This document shows positions 50,344-64,000 of a stretch of DNA of 64,000 bases, piece by piece. Under the pieces are notes generated by a model, which did no database searches, had not been told where the DNA came from, and worked only from the letters and a program-made list of their open reading frames with translations. Origin of the DNA: Marsupella aquatica (lineage: Eukaryota; Plantae; Marchantiophyta); NCBI GenBank assembly GCA_973895155.1, contig OZ316896.1:6562166-6626165 (forward strand). Reading direction: 5' to 3'. Position numbers and translations under genes: made by a program. Position 1 is the stretch's first letter, and each line of letters begins with the position of its first letter.

Positions 50344-52430
50344 TCAAATGCGTGCACGTCCACCCGGGGAGGAGCCATTGCCATCCCTTGCAGTGATAAG
50401 GCCTTGACGGTGACGCGGAGTATCCACAATAGTATCCTCCGTCATTGTATCATTCAGGCCTGTCAAGAGTGGGAGCTGGCCACCAGAGGGGACGGCCCTC
50501 CATCTAGGGGACCGCTCAGCTTCCATTCTGCTATCCTCTCCATCCATTCCTGTCCCTGCATCCGACACAATTGTGGGTGAGAAATGTAAGGAACGTTGCT
50601 TTTTAGAGTCCTGAGTGCTACTGTCCTTTACAGGAGGCGGCGTCCGAGTATCCAGCTTCCGAACTCTCTCTTTCCCTTTACCAGAGACATACTCCTCGTA
50701 TTCGGACATCTCTAAGTCCACATCAGAATCTTCGTGATATGAAAACGCCTCGGGGTCTACATTCTGTGAGTGCACAACCAAGGTTCCAGGTTAGCAGAGG
50801 CGAGCTGACATCTCCAGACGGAACAAAGATACTTGCGTCGGCCAAAAGCTTAGTAACTGTCGGGGCAGGCGAGGATATCAGGTTCCCTTGTTCTTTAGTG
50901 GGCAGGGTGATCAAATCTTTCTGAGGGATGGAAATTCCTCCCGCAAGAGCCACACGTTCCCGTGGAATGCCACTAGTCAGAATCGGTATCACTTTAGGCA
51001 CATCCTCAATGTGTTCCAATAAGGACTCCACCGTGTTGAGGTCAGTTGCCACCGATGGGCCGCCAGCGCAAGGCAAATGCTTGTCTCTGCCCCTGGCACG
51101 CAGATTCGAGGCCAATTGTGTCCTCAGTACCTCATCGGGGTCCCCTTCAGCCACCCCATCAAGTTCCTCAGGTGTGTGAGCGTCCTCCTCCCCTTCAATG
51201 TGCTCAGCAGACGTGTTGGCCGCCTCTTCAAAGCCATCTCTGCATTCTCTAGCTAAGTGTCCCTTCTTATTACATTTAAAGCAGTGAAATGGTATATTCT
51301 TGAATTGAATAGGTTGCCAGATGATAATATCCTCTCGGATCCTCACACGAGCGCTGAAAGGAACCTCTCATTCCGTATCCCAAAGGATACAAGCTCTGTC
51401 ATGTGAGTATGAGTTGTATTCATCCCCCTGGATGTAGTGCAGCAACTTGCCCAGTGATTCTGCGATCTTAATCCGGCACCCTTCCAACACCAGTGCCCGA
51501 AAAGGAAGCTCAATCTAGACTGGTAGTTTGGTATATTTCTCTGTCGAATATCAAATGTGGGGTCCCATGGGAATGTAAAGATTAGTTTGCGTTCAATGAA
51601 CCATGGAGCAGCAGACAGAGCAAGATCCCGATGATCAGCACTCGCAAAGACTACCAGGTAAAAGTTCTTACCAACGAATTTGACCTGCAGCACCGGCCAG
51701 CCTCGCCCACATACCATTTGCTCATCTATCCAAGCTCGAAAAGTGGGAAGCATCGGAGGTCTATCAGTGAAATAACAAAGTAGAGCACAATTGGACAATT
51801 GTCAAACATTGTTGGCTGCTTCTTCCAATGGCCATTCCAATGTAGTAAAGAGTTTATGGTGCCAGTCATCCTTTGTGACTTCTCCAATCTCTTTTAGTAT
51901 GTTAATGCAATCCTCGGTAACAACAGCCGGTTCTATCCCTGATCCAAAAGCAGCATTCTTCCAATTGGCAGACTTCTCCTGAACATGAGTCGGAGTACGG
52001 CCAAGCATTGTGTCCTATGCCACCGGAGTCCTTTGGGGAGCATGAGGCATTTCAGCATCCCTGGGGGTGCTAGACGTGGTTGGCTTTGCATTTTCCTTGT
52101 TCTCAATTCCCTCCACAGGGTGTGCACGATGCAGATCCTTGGTGGAGTTGTATCCTCCTGATTGATCCGCAAAGAGATTGTAAGTTGGCTGAGCAACGAA
52201 CGGGGGGCGTCCCGACCTAGCGGAGAAAGGTCCATGTCCACCTCCGCAAAGTGGCGAACTCCAAGAATCCTGTCTGCTGAATTGCTCATGTCCATAGATA
52301 TCCTGCCCCTGGAACTCCTGATAAGGTCGAGCCCCATGATAGCCAGCAGCACGAGAGGAATTCTCACCCTCCCATCCACCCGTTCTGCCATACTCCATGG
52401 TGAGTCCACTCGAAGCAAAGAGCATCGATG
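50344..52430 (-). pseudogene. LINE ORF1 (DUF4283-like region plus CCHC knuckle), fragmented
   Basis: VKFVGKNFYLVVF...APWFI...FPWDPTF and CFKCNKKGHLAREC. Confidence 0.75.
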
Positions 52431-54540
52431 CAAAAGAATGTGAGCTTGGATCTCGGTCTCACCTTGTTTGGATTGTTGTGTAAGTGTCGTTCAAGTGTGT
52501 CTATCCAACCCTTCTTTGAACACAGCCGACCTTGGGCACGTATTGCTCCTTATCCAAGTGCGTTGATAAGTATTGTTGCAAATACTTAATATCGTTGCAG
52601 TTCAATCTTATCCTAGCTAGATAATCCGAGGTTCCCCAGGCCCCCAGCTCAATAATCTTCGAGCAAAGGGTTGGAGTTCATCCGGCGTTCAACAAGGCTT
52701 GATCGTGCAGGCATTTAGCTAGTAGAGGAGTCCAATGCACCTTCAGCTAGTAGCGCCGCAGTGGCCCCGCATCCAGTGTCGTGTCGTCAAAAGAAGTCTC
52801 GAGTAACCGGCAGCGGCAGATTCAAGCCTTCCAATACTACGCCCTCAAGAGATAGTCAATGGGAGCATGGCAAATTCCACTTCAGAGTGTCACCGTACCA
52901 TCTCGCTTCGCCTTGTAGAAATTATCTTGAACCATCTAGGACAGAGATGGAGTGCTCAACCACGATCCCAGTGGGGCACAGAGCGTACTCCCCTATGATC
53001 CTGGTGTAGTACCCCATAAAACGCTCCACGATTCCGTAAGCCTCCAGTTTACATCCGAGGTAGCTAATAAACAATTTGCGCTTCCAACTTAGACCATCGC
53101 ATCAGAGTTCACCTGTGAATGTTCGGAAGCCCCAAAGCTTAACGGGGCCAAGCACAATCTAGACCTAGCCAATACCTCAGACCTCAACCTCCCAGCGATC
53201 AGTCGATGGCAGGCCCCGCAGTCCAATGCTCACCTTGTGTAATCCCTCCGATTGTCAACTGTTGGGCATAATGCTGTAGTGCACTGACCTTCGTATCGCC
53301 ACTCAGAGGTCTTCCCAATTCAAGGTAGTAATGCGCAATGCTGCCGCTCGCCGTCTATTATGCAGTGTGCAATTCAGCTTACGGCCTGTCAATACAGGCT
53401 TAGCTCATACCAAAAATCTTTCTTCCCTGTCCAGCACCGCCCATAATTCTCCTGCTACCCTATTTCAATTTAATCAATGCAGACAGCTCTCTCCACGCTG
53501 CAGCCTTACCTATTCACGTCCTTAGCTCCAATTCTCATTCATTTCCCATGAGAACTCCCTTGTCTTTGTTAACTTCCATTGACTATCAAACAAATGCGAA
53601 TTCTCGCATCCACCCTTCCTTGTCCCAATCCCACTTGTAGCGAAATCCACTCAACGCACACCCTCTTAAGGATCACCGCGGCCCAAGTCCAAACATTCCC
53701 GCATCACTTGGCCCCGCAAATCTCAAATGATCTCCCCCGACGCACACTTCCTCAAAGCAAAATTCAATCCCTAATATTGGTTAGCGAGTAACTCATACTT
53801 CCAATAACCAAAACTCCTGTAAAGACAGTCAATTGGAAGCAAAACACCCAGCTGCAACGAGGCATCCACCCGCAACATAACAGCCAGATGACGGGCTCAG
53901 CAATCCAACAGTCAATTTCTAACCTACTGTTACCCAGGTCTGTCAGCTCTGCCTTTTCTTCAGCTCTCTTCAGCTCCTTCTTCCTCTCAACTCTCTCATA
54001 ATATTGAGATATTTAATCAAGAGAGTACTAAAGAGGTCATGAGTTTCTAAATCTTGATCTTGAGTTTTCCACTGAATCAAACATTGACAGTTTCATCAAG
54101 TACTAGTGTTTGTGAAGAATTTCCTGATGAGAGTAAAGTTTTTAGCCGATATCATAAGATTTTGCCTCATGTGAGGAAAATTATTTATGGTAACAAAAAA
54201 TTGTTTTGTTTTTTCATGTCACGGTGTAAATACTCATCAAAAGGATCACTTACTTTTCCAATCATTCAACACTTTTAACCTTTTTTTCTTCATTTTTTCA
54301 TTTTCTTCATTTTTGAATTTCTCATTTTTCCTTGGAATGGATTTTTTATAAATTTTAATACCGTGAAACCCCACGGATAGGGGGGGACAACAAAGGCCAA
54401 TGCAGCCAGAACCTAACAACATAGCAGGGGCAACAGTCCGGGGCCAACACACCCCAACAGCCCCACACCCCCAACAGGGCCCCTGGGAGCCCAAGAAAAC
54501 TAATGAGCAACTAACAATGACACTACCACGCCAAAAGACA

Positions 54541-57500
54541 TCACACCACGCCACCACCAAAGCGAAGCCGACCAGCCCGAAACCAACCCTGACGATGAAA
54601 AGCAAGCCATTCGCCGGCCCGGCTCACCCGGGCATGACGCCTGCCAAGCGGAAAATGGCAGCCCACAGCAAACAAGTGATCTGCCGTCTCAGTGAGCACC
54701 AAACCAAAATCAAATTTCCTACCAGCACCGGCCTGGAACATATGATCATTACGGGCCCTCCAAATCATCCACAACATTTGGTAAAGCATAAACAGCTTCA
54801 CAGAATGAATAACTTCCTTCCCCAGGGAATCATCCAACAGGGGCAATAGACCAACACCGAAAGGCACCCGTAGAGTCCCAAGCACATCCCTATACATCTG
54901 CCAGCACCTGATAGCAAACTTGCATTGAACAAACAGATGTGGCATCGACTCCAGCAGCCCACTGCAATACTTGCATTCGCCGTTACTAGCTTTAATTCTA
55001 AGAGCCCTCTCACCCGTGAACAGACCCCCAACAATCACCCTCCATATGAAGGTCTTGGCCCTGCAAGAGAGATCGGACCTCCACAGTTGACTCCATCTCT
55101 TATTCCACTCCATCTCAGTCCCATTTGATGACCAGATACAGTTCAGACGCTCATAGAATGACACAGATGGTCTAAGAAACTCATACACCCTGCAATTTGC
55201 AATATCAAAGTTCTTCAGGGGCCCAACCTTATCAGCCCATCTCCACCTCCGAGCCCCAGGGTCCAGGTTCAGGGTACAGGAGCCAGACGCCCAGATCTTC
55301 GCCAAAAATGCCTTAGTCAAACCGCGTTGCTCCTCAGAGAAACCCCTCATTTGATGCCACCGCAGGGGCATCTCCTTCCAACCAGCACTCTCCGTACACC
55401 ATCCATCCCTAATACTTCTCAAGCCCAGCCTGCCACAAATGGCAGTGATCCCTAATATATCCTCGTTTGGCAGCGAGTTAAACTCTGTAATGCATCTCAG
55501 GGTATCCTGAATGCTCCAGCGCCCTGGAATACCCCACATCCCAGGTTTGAACGAGAGATGTGCTCTCACCTGCTCCCAGGCCTTCCACAGACCAGCGGTA
55601 TATGAAAGACCACCTCCGGTGCGGGGAGAACACAGCAAAAGCTTATCCTTGAGCGAATACTGATTCCTGCGTATGACCTTGTAATTCAACCAGCCCATTA
55701 AGGAGAGGTTTGCAGCAAGCATTCTAGCCCATTCCAGATCAGGGGAATTCAGAGCTTTAATAAACCATTGTGACAAAAGAGCATCTGAGTGGCTCTTAAA
55801 GTCTTTAAAGCCCAGGCCACCTTCGACCTTTGGCAGAGACATCTTTGCCCAAGCAACCAACGGAATTTTCCTCCCTCCAGCAGGATTATAACCCCACAAG
55901 AAGTCGCGACTGAGAGCACTCAGTTTCATTGCCAACTCGGCTGAAGCTTTGAAATGCATGATGTGATAAATTGGGATTGCCTGCAACACATGTTTTACTA
56001 ATAAGGTCCTCCCTGTAAATGAGAGCAGCTTGTTAGTCCAAGATGCTAGCCGACCACTCACTTTATCCAGACAGAATTTGTGAAGTTGCTCCGTCCTCAA
56101 ACCCACACCAATGGGGGCCCCAAGGTACTTTTGTATCTCCCCTCTCTGGCAAACGTGACATCCAACTTCCAGCAGCCACCGTGGGATGACATTAAGAGCC
56201 AGCGGGATCACCACAGATTTACGCAGGTTCAACCGGGCTCCAGAGGCCGTCTCATAGCACGCCAACGCCACCGTGGCCTCCTTGAAAGCCTGCTCTGAGG
56301 CAGGAATAAACATACCCACATCATCTGCAAACAGACGATAACAGATAGTCAATGTTTCTGAAATTGCAATACCACTCATCCTACCCGCAGCCAACTCCGC
56401 ATCTAGGAAGTCCATTAATGGTTGGGTTGAAATGACAAAAAGCGGTGGCGATAGAGGACAGCCTTGACGCACACCCCTTAGCAATTCAATCGGCCCAGAG
56501 CAATAACCATTCACCAGAACCCTCGATGAAGCTTGCGAAAGAAGAGCTTGTACAAGCTTAATGAAATGACTGCTTATGCCCAATACGTGCATAGTCTCCC
56601 ATATACTCATGGTTAACTCGATCAAACGCCTTTTCAAAGTCCAGCTTTAGAAAAAGTGATTCAGCCTTCTGCTTCTGCACCCAATCGCACGCCAACCATG
56701 CCAGTGAAATGTTCTCCAGGATATGACGACCTGGGATAAAACCAGTCTGCTGCGGGCTGATCATCTGGTTCAATAGAGGCTTCAGCCGCAAAGCCAAGAT
56801 CTTGGCAATGATCTTGTATACCATGTTGAGCATCGTGAGCGGTTGCCAGTCTTTAAGGAGTCGTTTATCAGGTTTTTTCGGAATCAGCTTGATGATCCCC
56901 TCCTTGATCCCCCTGTCCAGCTCCCCAGTAAGCCAGAATGCTTGAATCATCTCTACCAGATCTTCTCCAATAAAGTCCCAACAAGCACGGTACACCTCTG
57001 CAGTCATCCCGTCCGGCCCAGGTGATTTGTCGCAAGGGAGCATCCATAATACATCTTTCACTTCCTTAGTTGTGGGCAAAGCATCCATTCTCCTCATTGC
57101 CCCATTCGAAAGTGCAAACCTCGTGTTCTGCAGAAGCCTTGACCGTTCCCTCCTTTGCACCACTCCCTCGTCCCAGGTCATTTCAGGAGGAGAGTAGAGA
57201 GCCGAGCACATCCGCTGTACTTCCTTCAGTATAATCTGTGGTTCTGTAATCTCCGTTCCATCATCTCTTATCAGCAACTTCATTGCTTCCCGAGCTTGCT
57301 TCGCTTTGATAGTGGCAAAAAAGAATTTAGAAGATTCCTCTCCTTCTCCCAGCCATTTAACTCTTGCAAGTCTACGGCCTCTGTTCGCCACTTCAAATTC
57401 TGTCAAATGCAAAGTATCCTCCATTAACACGTAATCCAGAATGTCTGTCTCAGTCTGTGAGTCCAAAATGGCATTTTTAAGAGTGCGCAATTTTGCCCTT

Positions 57501-58465
57501 AAGAACTCCAGTTCTTCCTCTGCCTCCTTTGGTCGTGCCTGCAGCGCCTTATAAGTACTTCTTAGTTGCATACTTGCCTTGGCAAATCGAAGGTGAGGAT
57601 CCATGAATCCTCTCCTCCCCTCCTTCCAGGCCAACTCGAGCAGCTCCACGTCGGCCTGCCTCCTAAGTAAAGCCGGATTTGCCTTGAAAAACTTTGCTTT
57701 ACCTCTCTCCCCATCAGTACAATTTCCTTGCAGCCGAACCCATAGCATAATCGGGTCATGATCCGATAATGCAGAACCCCCCTCATGTCGCAACTCCATA
57801 ATTTTGCCTAGCCACCAGCCTTTGCCGCTAATATAAAAACGGTCCAGTCTGGACTACGACCAAACTCCATTCCGGTTCCTTCTCCATGTGAACTTAGCTC
57901 CCACAACACCACCTCTTAGTGTGTACACATCTTCCATGTCAAACCGAACTTTAAGAAATCTCCAGAACTCCGCCTCCCGGCCACCGATAAGAGATGAGCC
58001 ACCAGTTGAGTCCTGTTGCAACTCAGTCATGTTGAAGTCCCCACAGAGAATCCAATTCTCCGCTGGGAGCCCCACCTTGAGGTCATACCACAGCACGGCC
58101 CTTTGTCGTGCTGAATTAGGCGCGTAAATTGATACTACTCCCGTCCTTTCTCCATCAATCTCCAGGATAATCCACACCGCCCGCCCCAGTTTTAACAGTC
58201 CCAATGCCACTACCTTCAGCTCCGGGTGAACTAGCAGAGCTGTGCCTCCTCTTCCCTCATCAGGAGCCGACGAGAAGAATTGATACATAGGGAGGATAGC
58301 CCTCAAAGCCAAATCCAGGCGAAATTGTTCAGCTTTAACTTCTTGCAGAGCCAAGATGCTGACAGGGGCCCGTAATGACTGCACCCAATTCTTTACTACA
58401 TGCTTACGATTTGTCTCACATAAACCACACACATTCCACGATGCCAACAACAGCAATTCGCCCAT
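54541..58465 (-). pseudogene. LINE ORF2 (APE, RT, zf-RVT) with one stop (57854) and one frameshift (~56600)
   Basis: SWNVCGL, GDFN, SDHDP, KSPGPDG, KLDFEKAFD, GVRQGCPLSP, LFADD, CKYC...HLFVQC. Confidence 0.93.
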
Positions 58466-58521
58466 CTAGCCTAAATTTGAATCACCGAAGCAGCGGCCTC
58501 CATCTCTGCCTCCGAGTTGAG

Positions 58522-59305
58522 TTAAATTCGAGCGCGTCCCCCCGGAGACATCTCCACATCCAAGCTAATTCTCAGGTTGCCTAAGACCGCAGCAAAAGGT
58601 ATCAACTTAAGCCGGTTACCACCCCTGTTTACACCAGAGGACCCCTCTCCCACAACCTTACCTATCTCCTCTCCATCGGATCGCTCGGTACCTGCCAGCC
58701 CTTTGTGTCCCCGTGAGGACCTGTCACCGCCACCTGCATCAGACAAGCATCCTCGTGAGAAGCTTAGGGAACGTTGTTTCTTGGAATCACCTTTCAGTTT
58801 GTCTTTGGTAACAGTGGGAGGAGTTCTCAGCTCCTGCTTCCGTGCTCTGGCCTTGAGTTTACTGTTTGAAATGTAAGTCTCATATTCAGACATCTCTGCG
58901 TCCGAATCACCATGATACGAGAAAGCTTCTTTGCCAGAGTCCCCCCGATTAAAGTCAGAGGCCTGTAGCAGTCCAGAGTTCCCTTGCTCCGCAGGAAAAG
59001 GGGGCGGCTCAAAAATCAAAGCCTTGGCATCCAGCACAGTCTCCTTCCTTCCATACTCGCTCCTGCACGCCAATGGGAGAACCACCTCCACCGGAGCCAA
59101 CTCATTTCTAGCCACCACTGCCAAGGGCATCCCAGCATTCAGATGAACAGGCTCACCTGTCATTAAGCCCGAACCCTCAGCCCGGTTTTTGTGCCTGCTA
59201 CTCTCAGAGACCATCCTCTCGATCTGCTCCATATCTACCTCCACAGCCTTCCTCTGCTGATTTTCCACCTGCAATGCCCTGGCCTCCCTGAATTCCGCCC
59301 TGGCC
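58522..59305 (-). pseudogene. C-terminal part of LINE ORF1
   Basis: EAFSYH.DSD..MSEYE.Y...RTPP...DSKKQRSL.FS...SPGGRARI is shared with ORF 50344-50781 of the first LINE. Confidence 0.8.
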
Positions 59306-62300
59306 TTTCTCATTTTTATTAATATTTGTGGAAATGTTTACTTTTCTAACCTAATTTTATCTTAGTCTTTCTGAAAAATCATCAATTTCATTTATAACCC
59401 ATACTTAACACTAATTCATTTTAACTTTTAAACTCAAATGCTTGTTTACACTTCTTTTGTTTTTCTCACTAATGTGGATCCTTAGAAAATTCTAGAATCA
59501 TTGCACTTCACAATAAGATTTTAATTTAACTTCCCTTTATTCTTATAAGCTTTGGTTAAAATTGACATCATGTTTTTTTGGGAAGCTGTATCTAGCTCCA
59601 GCTAGGCTCTTATTTTCTTGGTTCTGGTTGGCTCTTCTTGGCTTTGGTTCAACTCAGACCATTCTTGCTGTGGGTTCAGTCATCAATCATCTTGCCCTGA
59701 CATACCCTGCAAAGTCTCAGTCTTTGCCTCGCCTCTTCCTTTTTGGCGTCTTTTCTCATTTCCTCATGTGTCTCTTTTCTTTCCCCTCCTGCCCCTCCAC
59801 TTTGACTATCCAGTCCCATAGAAAGAAGAACCTTCTTCCTGACATATATTTTTCCTATTGTCTTCTTCTATCTACCAAAAAGTAATTCAACTCTAATCTT
59901 CCTCCTATTGCAACACTCTTATACTAAGCTTAGATTCAGGGTTTTGCCGTCCTTTGAATTAGTTCAAACTATCTATCTTGTTTTGCCTTTTTCCTTCCCT
60001 TCCGCCAAGGATCTTCATATCAGCTTATATAATCTCTCTATACACATTACACGAGCCTTATTCACGAATCCTCTCGCTTCAGTATTGCTGTTCATCCTTC
60101 TTCTTCTTCTCATAGTATTCTTTCCATCCCCGAGAATAGTTAGTCTCCAAAACACACAGTCTTTTCTTAGTGCTTGAATCGATCCTTCCCGATGAAATCT
60201 TATGTTCATCTTATTTCCCTTTTTACTTCTGAATCCGCTTGTCCATTCCTTCTTTCCTGAAACGCCCAGTCAAATGCAATCCTTGTTTTCTCAGCAACAT
60301 CGTTTCTTCTCCACGAAACAATCGGCCATCAAAGAAACTTTTGTTTGGGCTTTCTTTTCCCTTTTTAATCCACTTCAATGGATTCCACCAAATGAAAAAA
60401 TTGATATTTCACTATGACTAGCTTTTTCATCTCAGAACATGGACAAGAGTTCCGGTTTTGTTCGGCTTCCCTATATTTCAAATTCCTTTTTGCTTTGGCA
60501 GCGCCAGAGCTCTCAACACACAGCATTGATCGTATGATCATAGTTCAATTTGATCATACAAATCAGCAAAGACAAATTGTCTCCAATGTTAATACTCCAA
60601 CTACGCATCGTTTCGCATCAGATCTTATGTAGAGCGAGAGTTTTCACGGAAATCTCCCGGCTGGACTCCCAATGGTATTCACAACGCTTTAGCTTACTCC
60701 ACGTAAATCAATTGCCAAAGAATGATGACATCTTCCCAACCGGTTCTCCACTGCTTTTCCCGAATCCATTCCCTTAGCAATGTCCTTATCTCTCAAGTCC
60801 TGCTTGATTCAGCACTCCATTGCGTAGTTTGCAACATCATCCGATAGCATTCTCTCTCCAAACCTCGTTCACCGAAGTAAAAGGAAAAATTCCTGAACAT
60901 CCTCTGAATGCCGCGCTCATCAACTCTTCATCGATTGTGAGCATACTTCTTAGTCCTAATGAAAGCACTTCTTGTTCATCTCGTAAATTCAGGCAGCAAG
61001 AACGCAGGATTCTAATCATTCCCAAGTTTTCCTTGATCTCATAATTTCTTTGCCACATTATTCATTTCTCTTCCATAAACTCCTATTTTTCACCTTCCTT
61101 TCCCTGCTCAACTCCGTACGCCATTGCTCAATCTCTTCCGTTCAGTTACTGCTCAAAGTGCTCCTTGTTACCTCACACACAATCTGTCTTTGTTTTCCAG
61201 AATTTTCTGACTCCTTAGCCTCTGCGTAACCTCCTCAGGCATCAACGACGTTCACCTCAACAAATCCCCCCACCACCACAACAATATAGCTTCCCTTTCT
61301 GGTCCCTCTCTTCATGAAAAATTCTACAATAAAGTCAATTCAACTAGTATGTGGGTCCAGCTCAATTCTTTTTTGAGTGGATCTTGCATTCAATAGAGTG
61401 TTGTGTATGGGCTAGATCACATTGTCAAAGTGCATTCAAAGGGGTGTTCTACATATGTAGGCTAGATCAGATTGCCAAAGTGCATTGAAAGGAGCGTTAT
61501 AAATCTGTCGTTTTAAATTCATGTGCTTAAAATTTAATTTTGGTGAGAATGACATCTAAAGTTCATCTATAATAATAAGAGGATACAACAAGAAAAATGA
61601 TGACTTGGATTGAATCAATAGTTGTAAATATCTATGATATTATCTTGGGCAACTTAGTTTGAAGATTCAATTTGTTAATACATGCTAATAAAACAAAATT
61701 CTCATCAATGTCCTAATGATCATGGCAAGTGGAAACAAAGACAAAAACCATAAGTGTAGAATCATCATAGGTGTTGGAGAGAGAGGTCATATAGACCAAC
61801 TTTCATGGGACTATGAACACTTGTTTTCTTGCATGATGTGTATTATGTAATCAATTATACTTTATGATGTTATTTTGTCTTATTATTAAATGTAGTTTTC
61901 TCCATTATGTAGAGATTATAACTAATAAACTGAACAAAAATAGGTTGGATAGGAGATTTAGTGATGTTGTGTCCAATATTAAGGGACTAATTTGTTGTGC
62001 TTGTGGAGGCTGATTGGAGGTTGAACTCATGACTCTTTTGGTGTGCCTAGGGTGATCATAGTGGTGTGTAACAGCATACTTCAGGCTAGGTGGAAGTATG
62101 GTTTACAGGAGACATTCAAGCTTCGAGGCGGACATCAAGTGGCAGAGTATTTTTTGTATGGCTCTCATCATGTGACCCAGGTAGGTTTGTAGCATTGCAT
62201 GTTTTGTTTAATAATTACACTTTGTATGGATTTTATTAGTTGTGAAGTGGCCTAATGTCCTTTCAATTCAATAGTTGAGCCCCCCTCTTCACCCTTTCTT

Positions 62301-62850
62301 GAGATGAACATTTTACTCTTGGTTGCTAGACAAACTTGGGAGAGTTTACGAATTATTTTATAATCAATAGCAAGCTCAACTTGTTGACAACACTTGAAAT
62401 ACAGGTTTGCCTTCTTTCTCTTATCTCCTTCTGGTCCAGAAGTGTGATTGCTAATATATTTTGTGATAAACCTATTTCAAACATTTGTTCAATTCCAAGA
62501 TTTCACTTTAGTCCATTGGTTTGTGATAATTGTTTCTAGATAAAAGAAAGTGAAAAGTTCTAATTTGCAACATCTGATATTCAGATCTAAACTTAGTGAA
62601 CTATTTGACCTGAAAATTGGAGTTTCATATTTTACTTGTAAATACTTTTTCAAATCTTGACAACTGAAAAGATGTAAATATTGATACTCTATCTAAGGAA
62701 CTTTACTACAAAGAAAGGCATAAGAAGACTTTAGATTGAGAGTTATTTCCTTTTGAAATTTCTTTTCCATATAGAAATAGCAAAAGCAAGATCAACATTT
62801 GATACTACTCTTAACATAACATTGTCTTTACGTTAAAAATTAAGAAGATC

Positions 62851-63047
62851 ACAAGTTAAGGCATCTTGGTGCCCACATCCGGAAGGTTGGTGTACTGTTT
62901 GACCCCAATTGTAACTTTAAAATTAATAAGGTTACAAGTTAAGGCATTCTGGTGCACACATCCGCAAGGGTCTGTGTACTGTTTGACCCCAATTATAACT
63001 TTGAATTTGATAAGGTTATGAGTTAAGATATTAAGGTGCACACATCC
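62851..63047. repeat. 83-84-bp tandem repeat, about 2.3 copies
   Basis: AGTTAAG...GGTGCMCACATCC...GTGTACTGTTTGACCCCAATT...ATAAGGTTA units starting near 62854, 62937 and 63021. Confidence 0.85.
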
Positions 63048-63190
63048 TTAAGTAGGCTTAGCGTTATTGGGATTGGATTAAGACAAAATTGTCATATCAA
63101 TATATTTTTAACTCACAATTTGGAGCTAAGTTTGAGGTCCAACTTTAATACTAGATTTCCTCAGCTTTTCTCTATCCGGGGTACACAACA

Positions 63191-63689
63191 TCATCAGTTA
63201 TCTCAAAAATTTTAGAATCTCAGCTGAGGAGTTGAGATGGGGCCTTCGAACTTCTGCTCAACTCAGCTGGGCAGCCGAGGTTGATTCAATCTTGGCTGAC
63301 CTCGCCAAGATGGGCGTACGGACCGAAAAAAATCCAAAAAAAAAACACCAAAAAATTTCCAAATTTTTTTTTTCCCCATCTCAGCTGGCCTTGCCAAGAT
63401 GGGACGTACGGACCGAAAAAAATGTGGAAAAAAAAACCCAAAAATTTGAAAAAAAAATTTTGAAAAAAATTCAATTTTTTTTCCCATCTCGGCTGGGCTC
63501 GCTGAGATAGGTGTCCGTACGGTATGGACGCCTCATGGCGAAAAAAAATTTCCTTCAAATTTTCAAGAAAAATTCAAGAATTTTTTTCCTTCATTTTTTT
63601 CCTTTTTCTCATCGCAACTTGGCGGCCTCTCTGAGATGAGGTGACAGCTGATATCAGGTACACTAATGAAAGTGACTGATAACTGATGA
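63191..63689. mobile_element. Possible MITE or foldback element
   Basis: Inverted TCATCAGTTATC / GATAACTGATGA. Internal GCCAAGATGGG.CGTACGGACCGAAAAAAAT x2, ATCTCAGCTG motifs and A/T tracts. No clear TSD. Confidence 0.4.
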
Positions 63690-64000
63690 GATTACTTATC
63701 TCCCTCTATCTGGTAGAGAATGTTTAGCCCATTTGGTTGAGTAGAACAAAAATGATTTTTTTTAGAGATCCATGTTGATTTTGGCTTGAACTTAGTTGAC
63801 CCACATTACTGGCCCATATTTAATAATTACTCTTTCCCAGTTTTTGAGTGACAACTAGCATAGATTTGACATGCGTTATACTTCTCACACACATTACTAT
63901 TCTTGCATGGGCTTCCATTCTTGCACACATGGCAATTTTTACACAAGAGACTTTATTGTGCATCAACCCACGTTGCATAACTCTCATCATTGATCAACAA

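Larger units (their letters stand above)
46010..53998 (-). mobile_element. Apparently full-length L1-like LINE (~8 kb), decayed
   Basis: 16-bp TSD TAATATTGAGATATTT at 45994-46009 and 53999-54014. ORF1 and ORF2 remnants present. Confidence 0.9.
54330..59305 (-). mobile_element. 5'-truncated L1-like LINE related to the upstream LINE
   Basis: 12-bp TSD TTTCTCATTTTT at 54318-54329 and 59306-59317. Contains ORF2 and the ORF1 tail. Confidence 0.88.

Noticed and set aside
59560-61130. Purine-rich minus-strand region that may be a decayed LINE ORF1
   Set aside because: Too many stops and no diagnostic motif I can support.
62851-63047. CRISPR-like spaced repeats (also 34270-34440)
   Set aside because: Whole units are repeated or spacing is irregular, there are no cas genes, and the context is eukaryotic.

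Overview
Eukaryotic nuclear DNA from a land plant, most likely a bryophyte such as a liverwort (inferred from the FtsZ1 sequence and TE content). There is one clear host gene, a six-coding-exon plastid-division FtsZ1 (about 14412-17982, +). The rest is mostly nested transposable elements, many with exact ends and TSDs: a Bianca-like Ty1/copia upstream of FtsZ1, an internally deleted copia, two L1-like LINEs, several MITEs and a decayed DNA-transposon backbone. The standout is a 15.4-kb minus-strand Ty3/gypsy-type element (19896-35285). Its reconstructed polyprotein runs Gag - protease - DNMT3-like C5 cytosine methyltransferase - RT - RNase H - DDE integrase - PHD finger. It has split direct repeats (X ... 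Y-gc-X-Y) instead of two full LTRs, with a palindromic CA-gc-TG end-to-end junction, no recognisable PBS and an apparent 4-bp TSD. Coordinates and mismatch counts were read by eye and need computational confirmation.
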